Source: Eledone cirrhosa (lineage: Eukaryota). Taken from it: a stretch of DNA of 64,000 nucleotides. The stretch is from assembly GCA_964016885.1 (NCBI GenBank), contig CAXHJY010001687.1, positions 124,001-188,000 of the forward strand, given 5' to 3'. How positions within the stretch are numbered: position 1 is the stretch's first letter; each line of letters starts with the position of its first letter. Positions 17,093 through 31,161 of this stretch are shown one piece after another. A program made the translations under genes and the position numbers. The notes beneath the pieces were generated by a model. That model was given only the letters and a program-made list of their open reading frames with translations. It was not told the DNA's origin and did not search any database.

Positions 17093-19112
17093 ACGATATT
17101 AAACAAATGGAAACTATATTTATAAAACCATATTTATTTGATTATACATATTTCAGGGATACCATATTAAAAATATGGCATGCATTCGTCAGATAAAATA
17201 CAATATATAAACAGTTTTATAAATAATTTTGACGTACCATAATATAAGCGACCATTAAATTAGGAGGCTGCCTTGGTGGTGAAGTGTTTATAATTATTTA
17301 GTTATAGTGTTAAGCACAGTTAGAAAAAAGACGGAGAAAAAGAAGAAACGGAGGTAAAGAAAAACAGAGAGAGAGGGGAGAGAGAAAGAAGGAGGAGGTG
17401 AAAAAAGAGAGGCAACCGAAAGCAACAGATAAATAATAATAATTCACCATACAAATAGAGAGATTCAAGAGAGAGGGAGTACTATATAGAGAGAGAGTAC
17501 AGTTAGAGAAAAGACGGAGAGAAAGAAAAAATGGAGATAAAGAGAAAACGGAGAGAGAGAGGGGGGAGGAAAAGAAAGAGAGTGAGAAAATATAACTAGA
17601 TAGGGGGAAGTGAAACACCAAGAGAGAAATATGAGAGGCAAAACCAAAGCGACAGATACATAATACTTCATCATATATAAAGAGAGAGGAGAAAGAGCTA
17701 TATATAGAGAGAGAAGGATACAGTTACATCTTTACGTCATGTCATATCAATTTGAATTATCAATTCATATGAAATCGATAATAGAATGTCAATATCAATA
17801 TTCATGAATGAGACATAGATATATAATATGAGAAAATAACTTTGTTCAATAATGACCATATGTTTAGTTTAAAACTCTGAGGTCAATGTACCAAAATCTG
17901 AGATAAACCTTAAAAAAATTACCCTATTTATAAAAATACGGAAATATATATGTATATATATATATACGTATATGTACTTTCTGAAAAAAGAAAAAGAGAA
18001 AGTTATGTCTAGCTCTAGTCGATAATATAGACATACACATGACTTTACGTGATCAACTCTATAATTTCTTGTGTCATAAAAAGAATTTCTTGTGTTATAA
18101 AAAATTTCACTATATATATACATGAAAAATAAACGATTAATATTCATGCCCTCACATATATGATTACCGTTCATGTATTTAATATTATGCATATCTGTAA
18201 CATATACAGAACTATACCTATATATATATATATATGTATATACAAGATATCTGCGTGAGTATTCCATAAAATAAACTCTATACGCCTTCTATATGCATGT
18301 TAATACACATATGGCCTTTGTATAGAGATAATCTAATATCAATATATCAGCACAGAAACATCAAAACGCTAAAATATTTTCAACACACTATAGAGTATCT
18401 CAGGCCAAAAACAATGTGCTTCATATATTTACCACAGAAATCTATCGTTCCAATTTTTCAGACAATATATTGCAAAGTCTCTTATTTCTCTCTTGGTTTT
18501 TCACTTCCCCCTATCTAGTTATATTTTCTCTCTCTCTTTCTTTTCCTCCCCCCTCTCTCTCTCCGTTTTCTCTTTATCTCCATTTTTTCTTTCTCTCCGT
18601 CTTTTCTCTAACTGTACTCTCTCTCTATATAGTACTCCCTCTCTCTTTAATCTCTCTATTTCTATGGTGAATTATTATTATTTATCTGTTGCTTTCGGTT
18701 GCCTCTCTTTTTTCACCTCCTCCTTCTTTCTCTCTCCCCTCTCTATCTCTGTTTTTCTTTACCTCCGTTTCTTCTTTTTCTCCGTCTTTTTTTCTAACTG
18801 TGCTTAACACTATAACTAAATAATTATAAACACTTCACTACCAAGGCAGCCTCCTAATTTAATGGTCGCTTATATTATGGTACGTCAAAATTATTTATAA
18901 AACTGTTTATATATTGTATTTTATCTGACGAAGGCATGCCATATTTTTAATATGGTATCCCTGAAATATGTATAATCAAATAAATATGGTTTTATAAATA
19001 TAGTTTCCATTTGTTTAATATCGTATATCTACTCCAAAGACTTGTCGAGTGCTTTATATCAGTTATAAAATATTTACTTGTTGTAACCCAACAATTTTAA
19101 ATAAAACTTTTG
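17093..19112. mobile_element. Fold-back PLE 3' UTR insertion (minus arm 17093-18478, plus arm 18479-19112); HHRs at about 17135-17197 (-) and 18917-18983 (+)
   Basis: Homologous to 21074-22310; at-CTGACGA-agg..ccct-GAAA-tatgta-TA-at. Confidence 0.85.
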
Positions 19113-19139
19113 TATATATATATATATATATATATAAAT

Positions 19140-19172
<33 letters not shown>

Positions 19173-19296
19173 AATATATATAGTGCCGGCACTAGTATCG
19201 AGCACCTTTGGCATACGCTACTTGGCAAATAACTATATGTATCACCTATCCTCCCCTTTTTTCTCTTTCTCGATACGTAAATACTGTATATATATT

Positions 19297-19329
<33 letters not shown>

Positions 19330-19340
19330 ATATTTATATA

Positions 19341-19389
<49 letters not shown>

Positions 19390-19472
19390 ATATATATTTA
19401 TTTATATATATATTTATATATATATATATTTATATATATATATATTTATATATATTTATATATATATATATT

Positions 19473-19526
<54 letters not shown>

Positions 19527-19536
19527 TTATATATAT

Positions 19537-20799
19537 CTAAGGCGGGTAAAATTCCCGAGATCCATGGACGAGTTCTCTCCAGCGGTCTCTGTCCCTCATT
19601 ATCGCTGCCATGTCCTGCGTCTCCAACAGACCAGTGTCTGTCCTTACGGCATCAACATACGTTAACCTTGGTCTTCCTCTTCTAGTGTGTCCATGTAGGG
19701 GCTCCCAAAGGAGCACTGAGTGCAATGTCAACTCTGGATGTCGGTGAGCATGTCCAGCTAACCTCAGTCTCCTCTGTGTCACTTTGGAGCTGACTTTTGG
19801 GATGCTCCCATACAGCTCTGAGTTTTTCATCCTCAGTGTATACTGATTAATGTTCAGAGCCATCCTCAACATTCTCGTGTAGCACCCATCCACCATCTGA
19901 GTGAGTTTCTTGGTCAGTGTACAAGTCTTAGACCCATACAGCAGCACAGACTCCACTACAGCAATGAAGAGGCGGACCTTCAGGTCTCTACGAAGGTTCG
20001 ACTTCCAAACCGATCTCAAGCTGTGGCACGCCGCCCAGGCTTTGCTCTTCCTCTCAACCACATCATCTTCCGTATTCCCAATCTTGGCTCCCAAATACAG
20101 GAAGCCCTCAACCAATTCTAGCGGCTTTCCGCCTACATTAGTGATCCCCTCTGGCTTCTCAACATTCTCTACCAGATATTTTGTTTTAGTCTCATTCATT
20201 CTCAGCCCCACACTCATCGACACAGTCTCAACCTCCCGCATCAAATCCTCTGCCTCCTTCACTGTATTTGTCACCAAAACTATGTCGTAGGCAAATTCAG
20301 CATCCGATACCTTTTTTGCCCTAACTCTCCTGCTCTGAGCCGGTGCTACAGTAAAGCCAGAGTCCTGGTGTTTCTCCAGTGCAAGGCGCATACAATAGTC
20401 CACTACGATAATAAAAAGGTAGGGAGCCAATGTATCTCCCTGGAGCACTCCAGCCAGTATCTCAAAGAACTCTGTCATCCCATCAGGTGTAATGACTTGG
20501 GCTTTGGTGTTGGTGTAGAGCAGTGATATCAGGTCCACTATCTTCTTGGGGATTCCATAAGCCTGTAAGATCTTCATCAGGCAGTAACGGTCCACAGAAT
20601 CAAAGACCTTCCTAAAGTCAATGAAAACCATGACCGCAGGAAGGCACTTTGCTCTAGCTCCCTCTAATATCCTCCTCAGCATCAGGATGTGACTGGTGGT
20701 TGATCTACCCTCTCTGAAGCCGTTCTGGTTGTCCCTGAGCTTCTTCTCCATCTCAGGCTGGATCCTGTTAAGAATCATCCTGTTGAGGGTCTTTGTCAT
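19537..20799 (-). mobile_element. 5'-truncated RTE-clade LINE, RT domain (catalytic DD degenerated to AYD)
   Basis: [54 protein letters not shown]. Confidence 0.9.
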
Positions 20800-20840
20800 A
20801 TTTATATATATATTTATATATTTATATATATATATTTATA

Positions 20841-20889
<49 letters not shown>

Positions 20890-20893
<4 letters not shown>

Positions 20894-21038
20894 AAAAAGA
20901 GATGAAATCGAAAATGCATCTGGAGTCTTATTTTTTTTTTAAATATATATATTTATTTGGTTCCTTTACCGGTGGTTTCGCAGTTCTTCTGCTTTTCAAA
21001 AGGTGAGTTGAGATGGAGGGTCTGTGGTTTTTCTCACA
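20890..21038 (-). mobile_element. Short PLE-type 3' end with HHR at 20963-21003 (family of 47891-48960)
   Basis: cctt-TTGAAAA-gcag aagaa ctgc-GAAA-cc acc gg-TA-aagg. Confidence 0.8.
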
Positions 21039-21073
21039 TATATATTTATATATATATATATATATATATTTAT

Positions 21074-24000
21074 ACGATATTAAATAAATGGAAACTATAT
21101 TTATAAAACCATATTTATTTCACTATACATATTTCAGGGATACCAAATTAAAATATGGTATGCCTTCATCAGATAAAATACAATATATAAACAGTTTTAT
21201 AAATAATTTTGACGTACCCTATTAGATGCAACCATTATTTTTGGAAGCTGTCTGGATAGTGAGATGTTTATAATTATTTTATTAGTTATAGTGTTAAGCA
21301 CAGTTAGAAAAAAGACGGAGAGAAAGAAAAAACGGAGAGAGAGAAGGAGAGAGAAAAAGAAGGAGAGAGAGAAAAGGAATGTATGCAGAAAAGAAAGATA
21401 TAAATAGATAGGAGGAAATGAAAAAGAAAGAAAAAAGGAAGAAATAAGAAAAACAAAAGAAAGCAACAGAGAGATAATAAATCATCATACAGATAGATAA
21501 ACTCAAGAGAGAGGAAGTACTATATAGAGAGAGGAGGATATAGTGACAACTTTACGTCATGTCATATTAAGTTGAGTTAACAATTCATATGAAATGAATA
21601 ATAAAAATGTAAATATCAATATTCATGAATGGGACATAGATATATAATATGAGAAAATAACATTGTTCAATAATGACCATATGTTTAGTTTAAAACCTTG
21701 AGGTCAATATACCAAAAGCTGAGTTAAAACCTTCAAAAAATACCCTATTTATAAAAATACGGATACACATATGTATATATATATACACGCATATGTACGT
21801 CTTGAAAAAAGAGAAATTATGTCTACTCCAGTCAATAATATAGACATACAAATGATTTCACTTGATCACTTCTATACATTTCTTGTGTTATAAAAATTTC
21901 ACAGTATATATACATAAAATACGATTAATATTCATGTCCTCATATATATGATTACCGTTCATGTATTTAATATTATGCATATCTGCAACACATCAACATA
22001 TACACACACAACCATACATACACATATATATGTATAAATAAATATCTGCGTGAGTTTTCCAGAATCGTTATGCATATATACAGACATATATACGAACACA
22101 TAAATAAACCCTATAAACCTTTTATATGCATGTTAATACACATATATGGCCCTTGTATAGAGACAATCAAATATCAATATATTAATATAGAAATATCAAA
22201 GCATCAAATATCTCTAAAACACTATAGAGTATCTCAAGTTAAAATAATATGTTTTATATATTTATTATAGAAATCTATCCTACCTATATCTCAAACAAGA
22301 TATTGCAAGGGTAGACATATGAAAGTTATTAGAAGCTATCAGAGTCAAAAACAAATAAAAAACAAAAATAATTTAAAAGATTTAGAAGACCCAGTGATTC
22401 TACGGATGCCCTTATATTTAGTATAGAAATTTATCTTACGTAAATTTTATTTAATACATTGGGAGCATATACATTTTAGAGTAGTTTATTATATCCTTGT
22501 TTATATTTAGGAAGAAAGTTTAAAAGGAAAAAGGTGAAGGAATCTAATGATTTATCGTCAGGTTTCATATATTAACTAAATTTCTTAATTAATTATACTA
22601 CATTTTATATTTATATTTAAACGTTGAGTTCAATCTATGTCTGCAGTAACTGAATAAATTGCTCCTTAAATTAAGGGAATTTTTGAACTTTAATATAAAG
22701 AATATTTTTTCTATACAAAGATCACAACTCTCTGAAGAGGAATTAAAAGGAATACCTTTTGAGACAATATTCCAAATCATCGAATATTTAACATTATCTC
22801 GTTTAAGATGCCAGAGTAGGCTAGATAGCGAAGTTGATGATTTTTTGTTTGGATCTGTGAAAGAATTCTTATGATTATTGAAGCGAAGTTTAAATTCTGT
22901 CGAGGTGGAACCAACATAGTTGAAAGAATTTAAATTAGTTTTAACATTACAATTGTACACTACATTTTTAGCTAAGCAGTTGTTATTTAACGGACAATTA
23001 GATTTATTTCTACAGTTACAGTTATTTAATTGAATATTGTTTGGGTTATTATTGGTATTTTGGTTAGGTTTTAAATTCCTATTATTAATTCTGTTAATAT
23101 TTTGTGCTAAATTTTTGGTGGACGAGTAAGTTAATTTTATAGTGTGTCTATTAAAAATTGAGTGATATTTATGTGTTCTAAGGAAGCGTTTGTCAAGAGC
23201 ATTAAAGAATAGTTTAGCAATATGGGTTTTAATATTTAGTGAGAAAGGGGGGGCAAACCATAATATATTTCTAGTTCTATTTCTTTTTCGGCTTTTGGAA
23301 TTATTGTAATGTTTTCTGTTAAAGATGTTACCGTAATTAAAATTGTTATTATTTTGGTTAGTTTGCTTATTATTATTATCGATGTATTTAATTTTATCTC
23401 TATATCCTGCCCTAGCTAACGCTTCATTGTAATACTGCACTTTTTCATCAAAAGTATTTTTATTAGATGAAATTCTTGAAATTCGTTCTTGAACAGAGTT
23501 CACTATAGTATTTTTAACAGATCTGGGGTGATTAGAGTTAAAATTGACATAATTCAAGTTCTCATTTAGTTTGTGAAATGGATAATGAAGACATGTGTTG
23601 AGATTTAGTGTTACATCCAGAAAATTGACTATTCTATGGTTATTCTCTATTTCTATTTTTAGATTAAAGGAATTAAAAAATTGTATAATTTGTTTTCTTT
23701 TTCTATTTAGTTCACAGCTATTATTTTCAATAAGTAAAAGCATGTCGTCACGATATAATCCTCCGGTTACACCTGGTATTTTTCTATGTAGCGTATTAAT
23801 TATAAATAGGCCCACAAGGTCCGTTAACTGAGCTGAGTCTGATGATCCCATAGTTATGTCGAAATTATTATCTCTATCTGCCCTAGTCCATAGTTGGTTA
23901 TTAAATTCTATCAATGTTTTCCTTGCCGATAATATAATGTGCATTTCATTGCTAGTTAGGTCAGTATGTTTAAATGCGTAATTTGGTGCCTTATTCAGTA

Positions 24001-24188
24001 GATTAGGAGTGATAGATGAATAGTAGTTAGCAATATCCAGCTGAATAAACTTATTATTATAGTTATATTTAATTTCTTTAAACCACTCAATAACCTCACC
24101 AGTCCCCTTCCATAACTTTAAGTAAGGTAAATCATGTAAGTTTTTAATCTGCTGTATTACCCTGTCTAGAATGTTTTTGCTAAGTTTT
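21074..24188 (-). mobile_element. 5'-truncated Naiad-like PLE with about 1.5 kb 3' UTR and HHR (about 21115-21180)
   Basis: RT/GIY-YIG ORF; 3' end shared with the 5481, 17093 and 24606 insertions. Confidence 0.92.
22598..23944 (-). CDS. PLE RT (C-terminal part) + GIY-YIG; coding sequence continues upstream toward about 24188
   Basis: MGSSDS, LYRDD, NFLDV, WFAPPF, CNCRNKSNCPLNNNC, NVVYNC..YVG. Confidence 0.88.
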   Translation of the reverse strand: MHIILSARKTLIEFNNQLWTRADRDNNFDITMGSSDSAQLTDLVGLFIINTLHRKIPGVTGGLYRDDMLLLIENNSCELNRKRKQIIQFFNSFNLKIEIENNHRIVNFLDVTLNLNTCLHYPFHKLNENLNYVNFNSNHPRSVKNTIVNSVQERISRISSNKNTFDEKVQYYNEALARAGYRDKIKYIDNNNKQTNQNNNNFNYGNIFNRKHYNNSKSRKRNRTRNILWFAPPFSLNIKTHIAKLFFNALDKRFLRTHKYHSIFNRHTIKLTYSSTKNLAQNINRINNRNLKPNQNTNNNPNNIQLNNCNCRNKSNCPLNNNCLAKNVVYNCNVKTNLNSFNYVGSTSTEFKLRFNNHKNSFTDPNKKSSTSLSSLLWHLKRDNVKYSMIWNIVSKGIPFNSSSESCDLCIEKIFFILKFKNSLNLRSNLFSYCRHRLNSTFKYKYKM

Positions 24189-24319
24189 ATATATTTATAT
24201 ATATATATTTATTTATATATATATATATATATATGTTTTTGGTAAGTTTTATATATTTATATATATGTATCTATATATATTTATTTATATATATATATAT
24301 GTTTTTGCTAAGTTTTATA

Positions 24320-24605
<286 letters not shown>

Positions 24606-25370
24606 ATATTAAATAAATGGAAACTATATTTATAAAACCATATTTATTTCGTTATATATATTTCAGGGATATCATATTAACAATATGTTATGCCATCTTC
24701 AGACAAAATACAATATAAACAGTCTTATAAATAAATAGATACGACATACCTTTCAATCACCTTGCATTTGGGAGGTTGATTTGGTAGTAAAAAATATTGT
24801 GGACAGTTGTAAAAAGAAAGAGATAAAGAGAGAAAGAAAGAGAAACGAAGAAAAAGAAGAAATGCATGTGACTAAATAGAGGGATATAGAAAGATAGATA
24901 AAGAGAAGAACTTCATGTAAAGAAACAGAGAGAAATATATATAGAGAGAGGAAAAAAGAAAGAGATAGATAGAGATAGATAGAGAAATTTGGAAGTTGAG
25001 TATCGGTTGATACATTTATTTATTTATTTATTTATTTATTTAGCTCTAGTATTAATGTAAAGAGAGATGTATGTAGTTAAGAGAGAAAATAGCCGTTATA
25101 TAGAGAGAAAAAAGAGAAAATGAAAAAGAGAAAATGAAACATAACCAGACATAAACGATGCAGAATTTAAAACCGCTATGTTTTATCCGTAGAAAATATT
25201 AGTTCGTATAAAACAGGCATTATAATGTAAGTACCAGTATTCATGAATGAGACATGTATCTATAATGTGTGAAAAGTAATGATCTTATGTCTAGTTTTTA
25301 AAAATTCATATGTTTATATCATAATTATAAACAAACTCCCAATTCACACGAAAACATTCTCATTGTCATT
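24606..25370 (-). mobile_element. PLE 3' UTR fragment with HHR (about 24645-24710)
   Basis: Homologous to 5481-5900; tttgt-CTGAAGA..ccct-GAAA-tatata-TA-acgaa. Confidence 0.8.
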
Positions 25371-25629
25371 GTTAGAGATACCTACTGACTGTAGTAGGTT
25401 TACTTTGTATTTAGGCAAGGCGGGTCTTCTCTGTTACTGAGTACCGCCAAAGATCTCGGTCCAGTGACATTGTCTTGGAGAGGTGTAAGTGTGTGAGGTC
25501 GGAATTTATCAGGTCGTCCCAGGTTTTTCTGGGTCTGCCTACTCCGTGGCTACCGTCTATATTTATTGCCCTGCACTTTTTTATACTGCTGTCTTTCATG
25601 CGCATCACGTGACCATACCAACGTAGCCT

Positions 25630-25632
<3 letters not shown>
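25371..25632 (-). mobile_element. RTE fragment (second subfamily), ORF end
   Basis: RRLRWYGHVMRM..GRPRKTW; homologous to 28510-28800. Confidence 0.82.
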
Positions 25633-25700
<68 letters not shown>

Positions 25701-25702
<2 letters not shown>

Positions 25703-26043
25703 AGGCACATGGCTTAGTGGTTAGAGCATTGGCCTTGCAATCGAAAGGTTGTGAGTTCAATTCTCAGACCGGGTGATGTGTTGTTTCCTTGAGCAAGACA
25801 CTTTATTTCACATTGCTCCAGTTTACTCAGCTGTAGAAATGAGATGATAGGACTGGGGTCCCTATCATTCCACTAGAAAGTGGTCGTCGAGGTGCCACGG
25901 CAAAAAATCACCCAGCACTCACTGTAAATGAGGTTGGTGTTAGGAAGGGCATCCAGCTGTAGAAATCAAGCCAGAATCAGTTCCCGTCCCACCCTTGCAA
26001 GCAGGGAAAAAGCGGATGTAAAATGAAATGATGATGATGATGA
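25701..26043 (+). mobile_element. Full-length tRNA-derived CORE-type SINE with RTE-derived tail
   Basis: A box tggcttagtgg; B box gagttcaattc; CORE-like ccttgagcaagacacttt...cagtttactcagctgtagaaatg; (ATG)n tail. Confidence 0.85.
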
Positions 26044-26058
26044 TATATATATTTATAT

Positions 26059-27862
26059 AGGTAATACTAGAAGGGGCCATACCAAAAGATTGGTGCAGTA
26101 GCATCATTGTCAACTGCTACAAAGGTAAAGGCGATGCACTAGATAGAGGAAACTATAGAGGTATAAAGTTGATGGACCAGGTCATGAAAGTAACAGAAAG
26201 AGTTATAGCACAGCTGATTAGGGACCGGGTGAAAATAGACGAGATGCAATTTGGGTTTGTACCAGGAAGAGGCACCACTGATGCCCTCTTCCTTGTGAGG
26301 CAATTACAGGAAAAGTACCTAGCTAAAAGTAAGCCACACTACTTGGCATTTGTCGACATGCTGTAATCTGGTGGGCTCTTAGAAAACTAGGAGTAGATGA
26401 ATGGCTTGTGAAAGCGGTACAAGCCATGTATAGGGGAGCAGTCAGCAAAGTTAGGATTAGCAATGAGTATAGCGAGGAATTTAGCGTACAGGTTGGGGTC
26501 CACCAGGGCTCTGTTCTTAGCCCTCTCCTGTTCATCATAGTCCTGCAGGCAATAACGGAGGAGTTTAAGACCGGATGCCCATGGGAATTCCTGTATGCTG
26601 CTGACCTCGCACTCATAGCCGAATTTATGGTAGAACTAGAGAATAAATTCCAAACCTGGAAGCAGGGACTAGAAAGAAAGGGTCTCAAAGTCAACATGAC
26701 CAAGACTAAGGTCCTTGTAAGTAGACGAGAAAACAGAAACCAGATCCCCTCAGGGAAATGGCCTTGCTCAGTATGTAGGAAAGGTGTAGGTAGGAACTCC
26801 ATTCTCTGCCCCAAATGCAAACAATGGGTACACAAGAGATGTAGCGGGATCTCAGGAAGCTTAATTAAGAATGTAGGATTCACATGCAGCAGCTGTGCTG
26901 AAACAGCAAGCAGTAAACAGCCACAGGAAACAAGTACCACCAATCTCTGGGAGGGCTCTGTATAAACAGTAGACAGCTTCTGCTACCTAGGTGACCGAAT
27001 TAGCAACGGAGGTGGGTGTTCAGAAAGTACAATAACTAGGGTAAGAACGGGATGGAAGAAGTTTAGGGAACTACTACCACTGCTAGCTGCAAAAGGCTTC
27101 TCCCTCAGAATGAAAGGCAGACTGTATGATGCGTGTATCCGAACAGCGATGTTGCATGGTAGTGAGACCTGGGCGCTGAAGGTGGAAGACTTACGTAGAT
27201 TAGAGAGAAACGAAGCCTGCATGCTCCGATGGATGTGTAACAGTAATATACGCGATCGGCAAAGCATAAATGAATTGAGAGAGAGACTGAGCATAAGAGG
27301 AATCAAATGCTGTGTGCAGGAGAGGCAGTTGCGCTGGTATGGACATGTGATGCGTATGAAGGATGACAGCTGCATAAAAAGGTGCAGAGCACTAGAAGTT
27401 GATGGAAACCCCGGAGTGGGGAGACCCAAGATGACCTGGGATGAGGTGATAAAAGCCGACCTTACCCAATTACACCTCTCAAAGACAATGACACACAACC
27501 GTGACTTCTGGCATCACGCAGTAATACAGAGTACCCGACCTCCCATGGGTACAAGCTGAAGCATATAGACAATATGCCCCCACACCCCCACCGCAAGGTG
27601 GTCGTGGAGGTGCCACGGCAAAAAAGCACCCAGCCCACACTGTAAAGTGGACGTGTAGGCGCCACGAAAAAGCACCCCGCACTCACTGTAAATAAGGTTG
27701 GTGTTAGGAAGGGCATCCAGCTGTAGAAATCAAGCCAGATCAGTTCCTGTATGAGCAAGGCATGGTCAGCCGACCAGACACTGCCCACAACAGGACAACC
27801 CGTCTAACCCATGCTAGCGTGGAAGAACGGACGTAAAACGGTGATGATGATGATGATGATGA
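26059..27862 (+). mobile_element. Decayed 5'-truncated RTE LINE (family of 54152-56595)
   Basis: Very similar to 54770-56595 with a deletion, a stop and YADD>YAAD; (ATG)n tail. Confidence 0.92.
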
Positions 27863-27870
27863 TATATATA

Positions 27871-27956
<86 letters not shown>

Positions 27957-27972
27957 TATATATATATATATA

Positions 27973-28158
27973 TCAAGTAAGTATGTTTTGAAACAGTGAG
28001 CGAGTTTGAAATTAGAAAATATATAGCTTTCACCGTATTTTTAACTAAAGGAATTTTAGCTTGATAACGGGGTTTAGAACCCTCAGATAAATGGAAAAAG
28101 ATGAGTATTGACGTACATGGGAGTCGAACCCACATCTGTGGTTATCGCGACCACTGAT
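27973..28158 (-). mobile_element. Short element with partial tRNA-like head
   Basis: gtggt cgcgata accac stem-loop followed by B box gtgggttcgactccca. Confidence 0.55.
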
Positions 28159-28206
28159 ATATATATATATATATATATATATTTATTTATATATATATAG
28201 AGAGAG

Positions 28207-28399
28207 AGAAATGAGATGATAGGGGTCCCTATCATTCCACTGGAAAGTGGTCGTGGAGGTGCCACGGCAAAAAAGCACCCAGCACTCACTGTAAATGAGG
28301 TTGGTGTTAGGAAGGGCATCCAGCTGTAGAAATCAAGCCAGAATCAGTTCCCGGCCCACCCTTGCAAGCAGGGAAAAGTGGACGTAAAATGAAATGATG

Positions 28400-28401
<2 letters not shown>
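28207..28401 (+). mobile_element. 5'-truncated CORE-type SINE
   Basis: Matches 25836-26043. Confidence 0.83.
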
Positions 28402-28458
<57 letters not shown>

Positions 28459-28486
28459 TACATATATATATATATTTATATATATA

Positions 28487-29128
28487 TGAAAAAATTAGAA
28501 ATAAGAGGGATCAGATGTTGTTTACTCGAGAGAAGGCTACGTTGGTATGGACACGTGATGCGCATGAAAGACGATAGCTGTATAACAAAGTGCAGGGAAA
28601 TAAAGATAGACGGTAGCCACGGAATAGGCAGACCCAGAAAAACCTGGAACGAGCTGATAAACTCCGACCTCACACACTTACACCTCTCCAAGACAATGTC
28701 ACAGGACTGAGACCTTTGGCGGTACTCAGTAATAGAGAAGACCCGCCTTACCTAAATACATAGTAAAACCTACTACAGTCAGTAGGCATCTCTAACAAAA
28801 TACACCCCCGTCCCACCACCCCCACCCCCTTCTATGTAAAGTTATGTTGGTGCCACACCATCCAGGCCGAAACAAATGAGATCGTGTAGGTGTTACGACA
28901 AAAAAACACACAGTCCACGCTGTAATGTGGACGTGTAGGCAACACGGTAAAAACCTCCCAGACCCACACTGTAAATGTGGTTGGTGTTAGGAAGGGCATC
29001 CAACTGTAGAAAACCTGCCAGACAGTCCTATGCGAGCAAGAAAATCACTCTTGCCTCAAGTGGGAAACCCCCCGTCCAAACCCATGCAAGCGTGGAACAC
29101 GGACGTTAAACGTTGATGATGATGATGA
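28487..29128 (+). mobile_element. RTE LINE 3' fragment, second subfamily
   Basis: ERRLRWYGHVMRMKDD..GRPRKTW; 3' UTR; (ATG)n tail. Confidence 0.87.
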
Positions 29129-29150
29129 TATATATTTATATATATTTATT

Positions 29151-29303
<153 letters not shown>

Positions 29304-29304
29304 T

Positions 29305-29380
<76 letters not shown>

Positions 29381-29390
29381 TATATATATA

Positions 29391-29646
29391 TTTTCCGGTC
29401 AGCATGGCTTCATTAGAGATTTAAAGACGCTGGTCTGAGACCTTTACTTCCCTCCGAAGAAGAGATATTATCTCGAAAATTAAGGACATTTAAATAAATT
29501 CAAGGTGAAAGACGAATTCACATCAATATCTTTCACTATTGCATTCTTTTTTCTATGTCCATATCTGCATTGTCTTGGCCTTATTACACATATTCTAACG
29601 TTTATACCTCATTACACAATGCTTCAAGTGAACTATAACCTCCTCC

Positions 29647-29650
<4 letters not shown>
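29391..29650 (+). mobile_element. Short PLE-type 3' end with variant minimal HHR (29449-29486)
   Basis: cct-CCGAAGAA-gagat att atctc-GAAA-at-TA-agg. Confidence 0.6.
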
Positions 29651-29703
<53 letters not shown>

Positions 29704-29725
29704 TATATACATATATATACATATA

Positions 29726-29799
<74 letters not shown>

Positions 29800-29825
29800 T
29801 ATTTATATATATATACATATATATT

Positions 29826-29858
<33 letters not shown>

Positions 29859-29867
29859 TTATATAAA

Positions 29868-29916
<49 letters not shown>

Positions 29917-29929
29917 TTATATATATATA

Positions 29930-29980
<51 letters not shown>

Positions 29981-29982
<2 letters not shown>

Positions 29983-30611
29983 TGTTATATTTGGGGAGGG
30001 TCATATTTGCGTAATATTGCCAGAATTAATAACAGAACACACTCACTGTTTGGTTGGTTTTCGCTTCTCGCTGTCTTTTATATATATATATCTGCGATCT
30101 AACTTACTCGGTCTTCAATGTTGCCATTGACTGACCGGCGGTCAAAAATAATACAGATACAATATAGACACGAACACATATATATAGTTTACATAATTTA
30201 CATAAATCTTTCGTTGCACATCTGCAACATCGTCAGTGGTGTTATATTCATTGTTCCTCCTGTTGTGTTGTATGTCTACGCCATTTTTTTTTTTTTTTTT
30301 TTTTTTTTTGTATATATTGTATCTGTATTGTATCTGTATTATATCTGTATTGTATCTGTATTATATCTATATTGTATCTGTATTATTTTTGACCGCCGGT
30401 CAGTCAATGGCAACATTGAGGACCGAGTAAGTTAGATCGCAGATATATATATATAAAAGACAGCGAGAAGCGAAAACCAACCAAACAGTGAGTGTGTTCT
30501 GTTATTAATTCTGGCAATATTACGCAAATATGACCCTCCCCAAATATAACAATATCTGTTTCGACACACGATTTCATATAAAAAACCTCGCAAAACTAAT
30601 TCATCGCCGCT
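29981..30611. mobile_element. Fold-back pLTR insertion of the 34286-37055 PLE family; HHR about 30200-30240 (-)
   Basis: Inverted arms; ca-CTGACGA-t gttgca gatg tgcaac-GAAA-gatt-TA-tg. Confidence 0.83.
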
Positions 30612-30632
30612 ATTTATATATATATTTATATA

Positions 30633-30674
<42 letters not shown>

Positions 30675-30690
30675 TATTTATATATATAAA

Positions 30691-30736
<46 letters not shown>

Positions 30737-30776
30737 TATTTATATATATATATATATACATATATATTTATATATT

Positions 30777-30807
<31 letters not shown>

Positions 30808-30900
30808 ATATATTTATATATATATATACATATATATTTATATATATATATATATATATATACATATATATTTATATATATATATATATACATATATATT

Positions 30901-30933
<33 letters not shown>

Positions 30934-30934
30934 T

Positions 30935-31112
<178 letters not shown>

Positions 31113-31129
31113 ATATATATTTATATATT

Positions 31130-31161
<32 letters not shown>

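Noticed and set aside
25701-25772. Functional tRNA genes at SINE heads (also 28105-28158, 53070-53160)
   Set aside because: Cloverleafs are incomplete and run directly into SINE bodies
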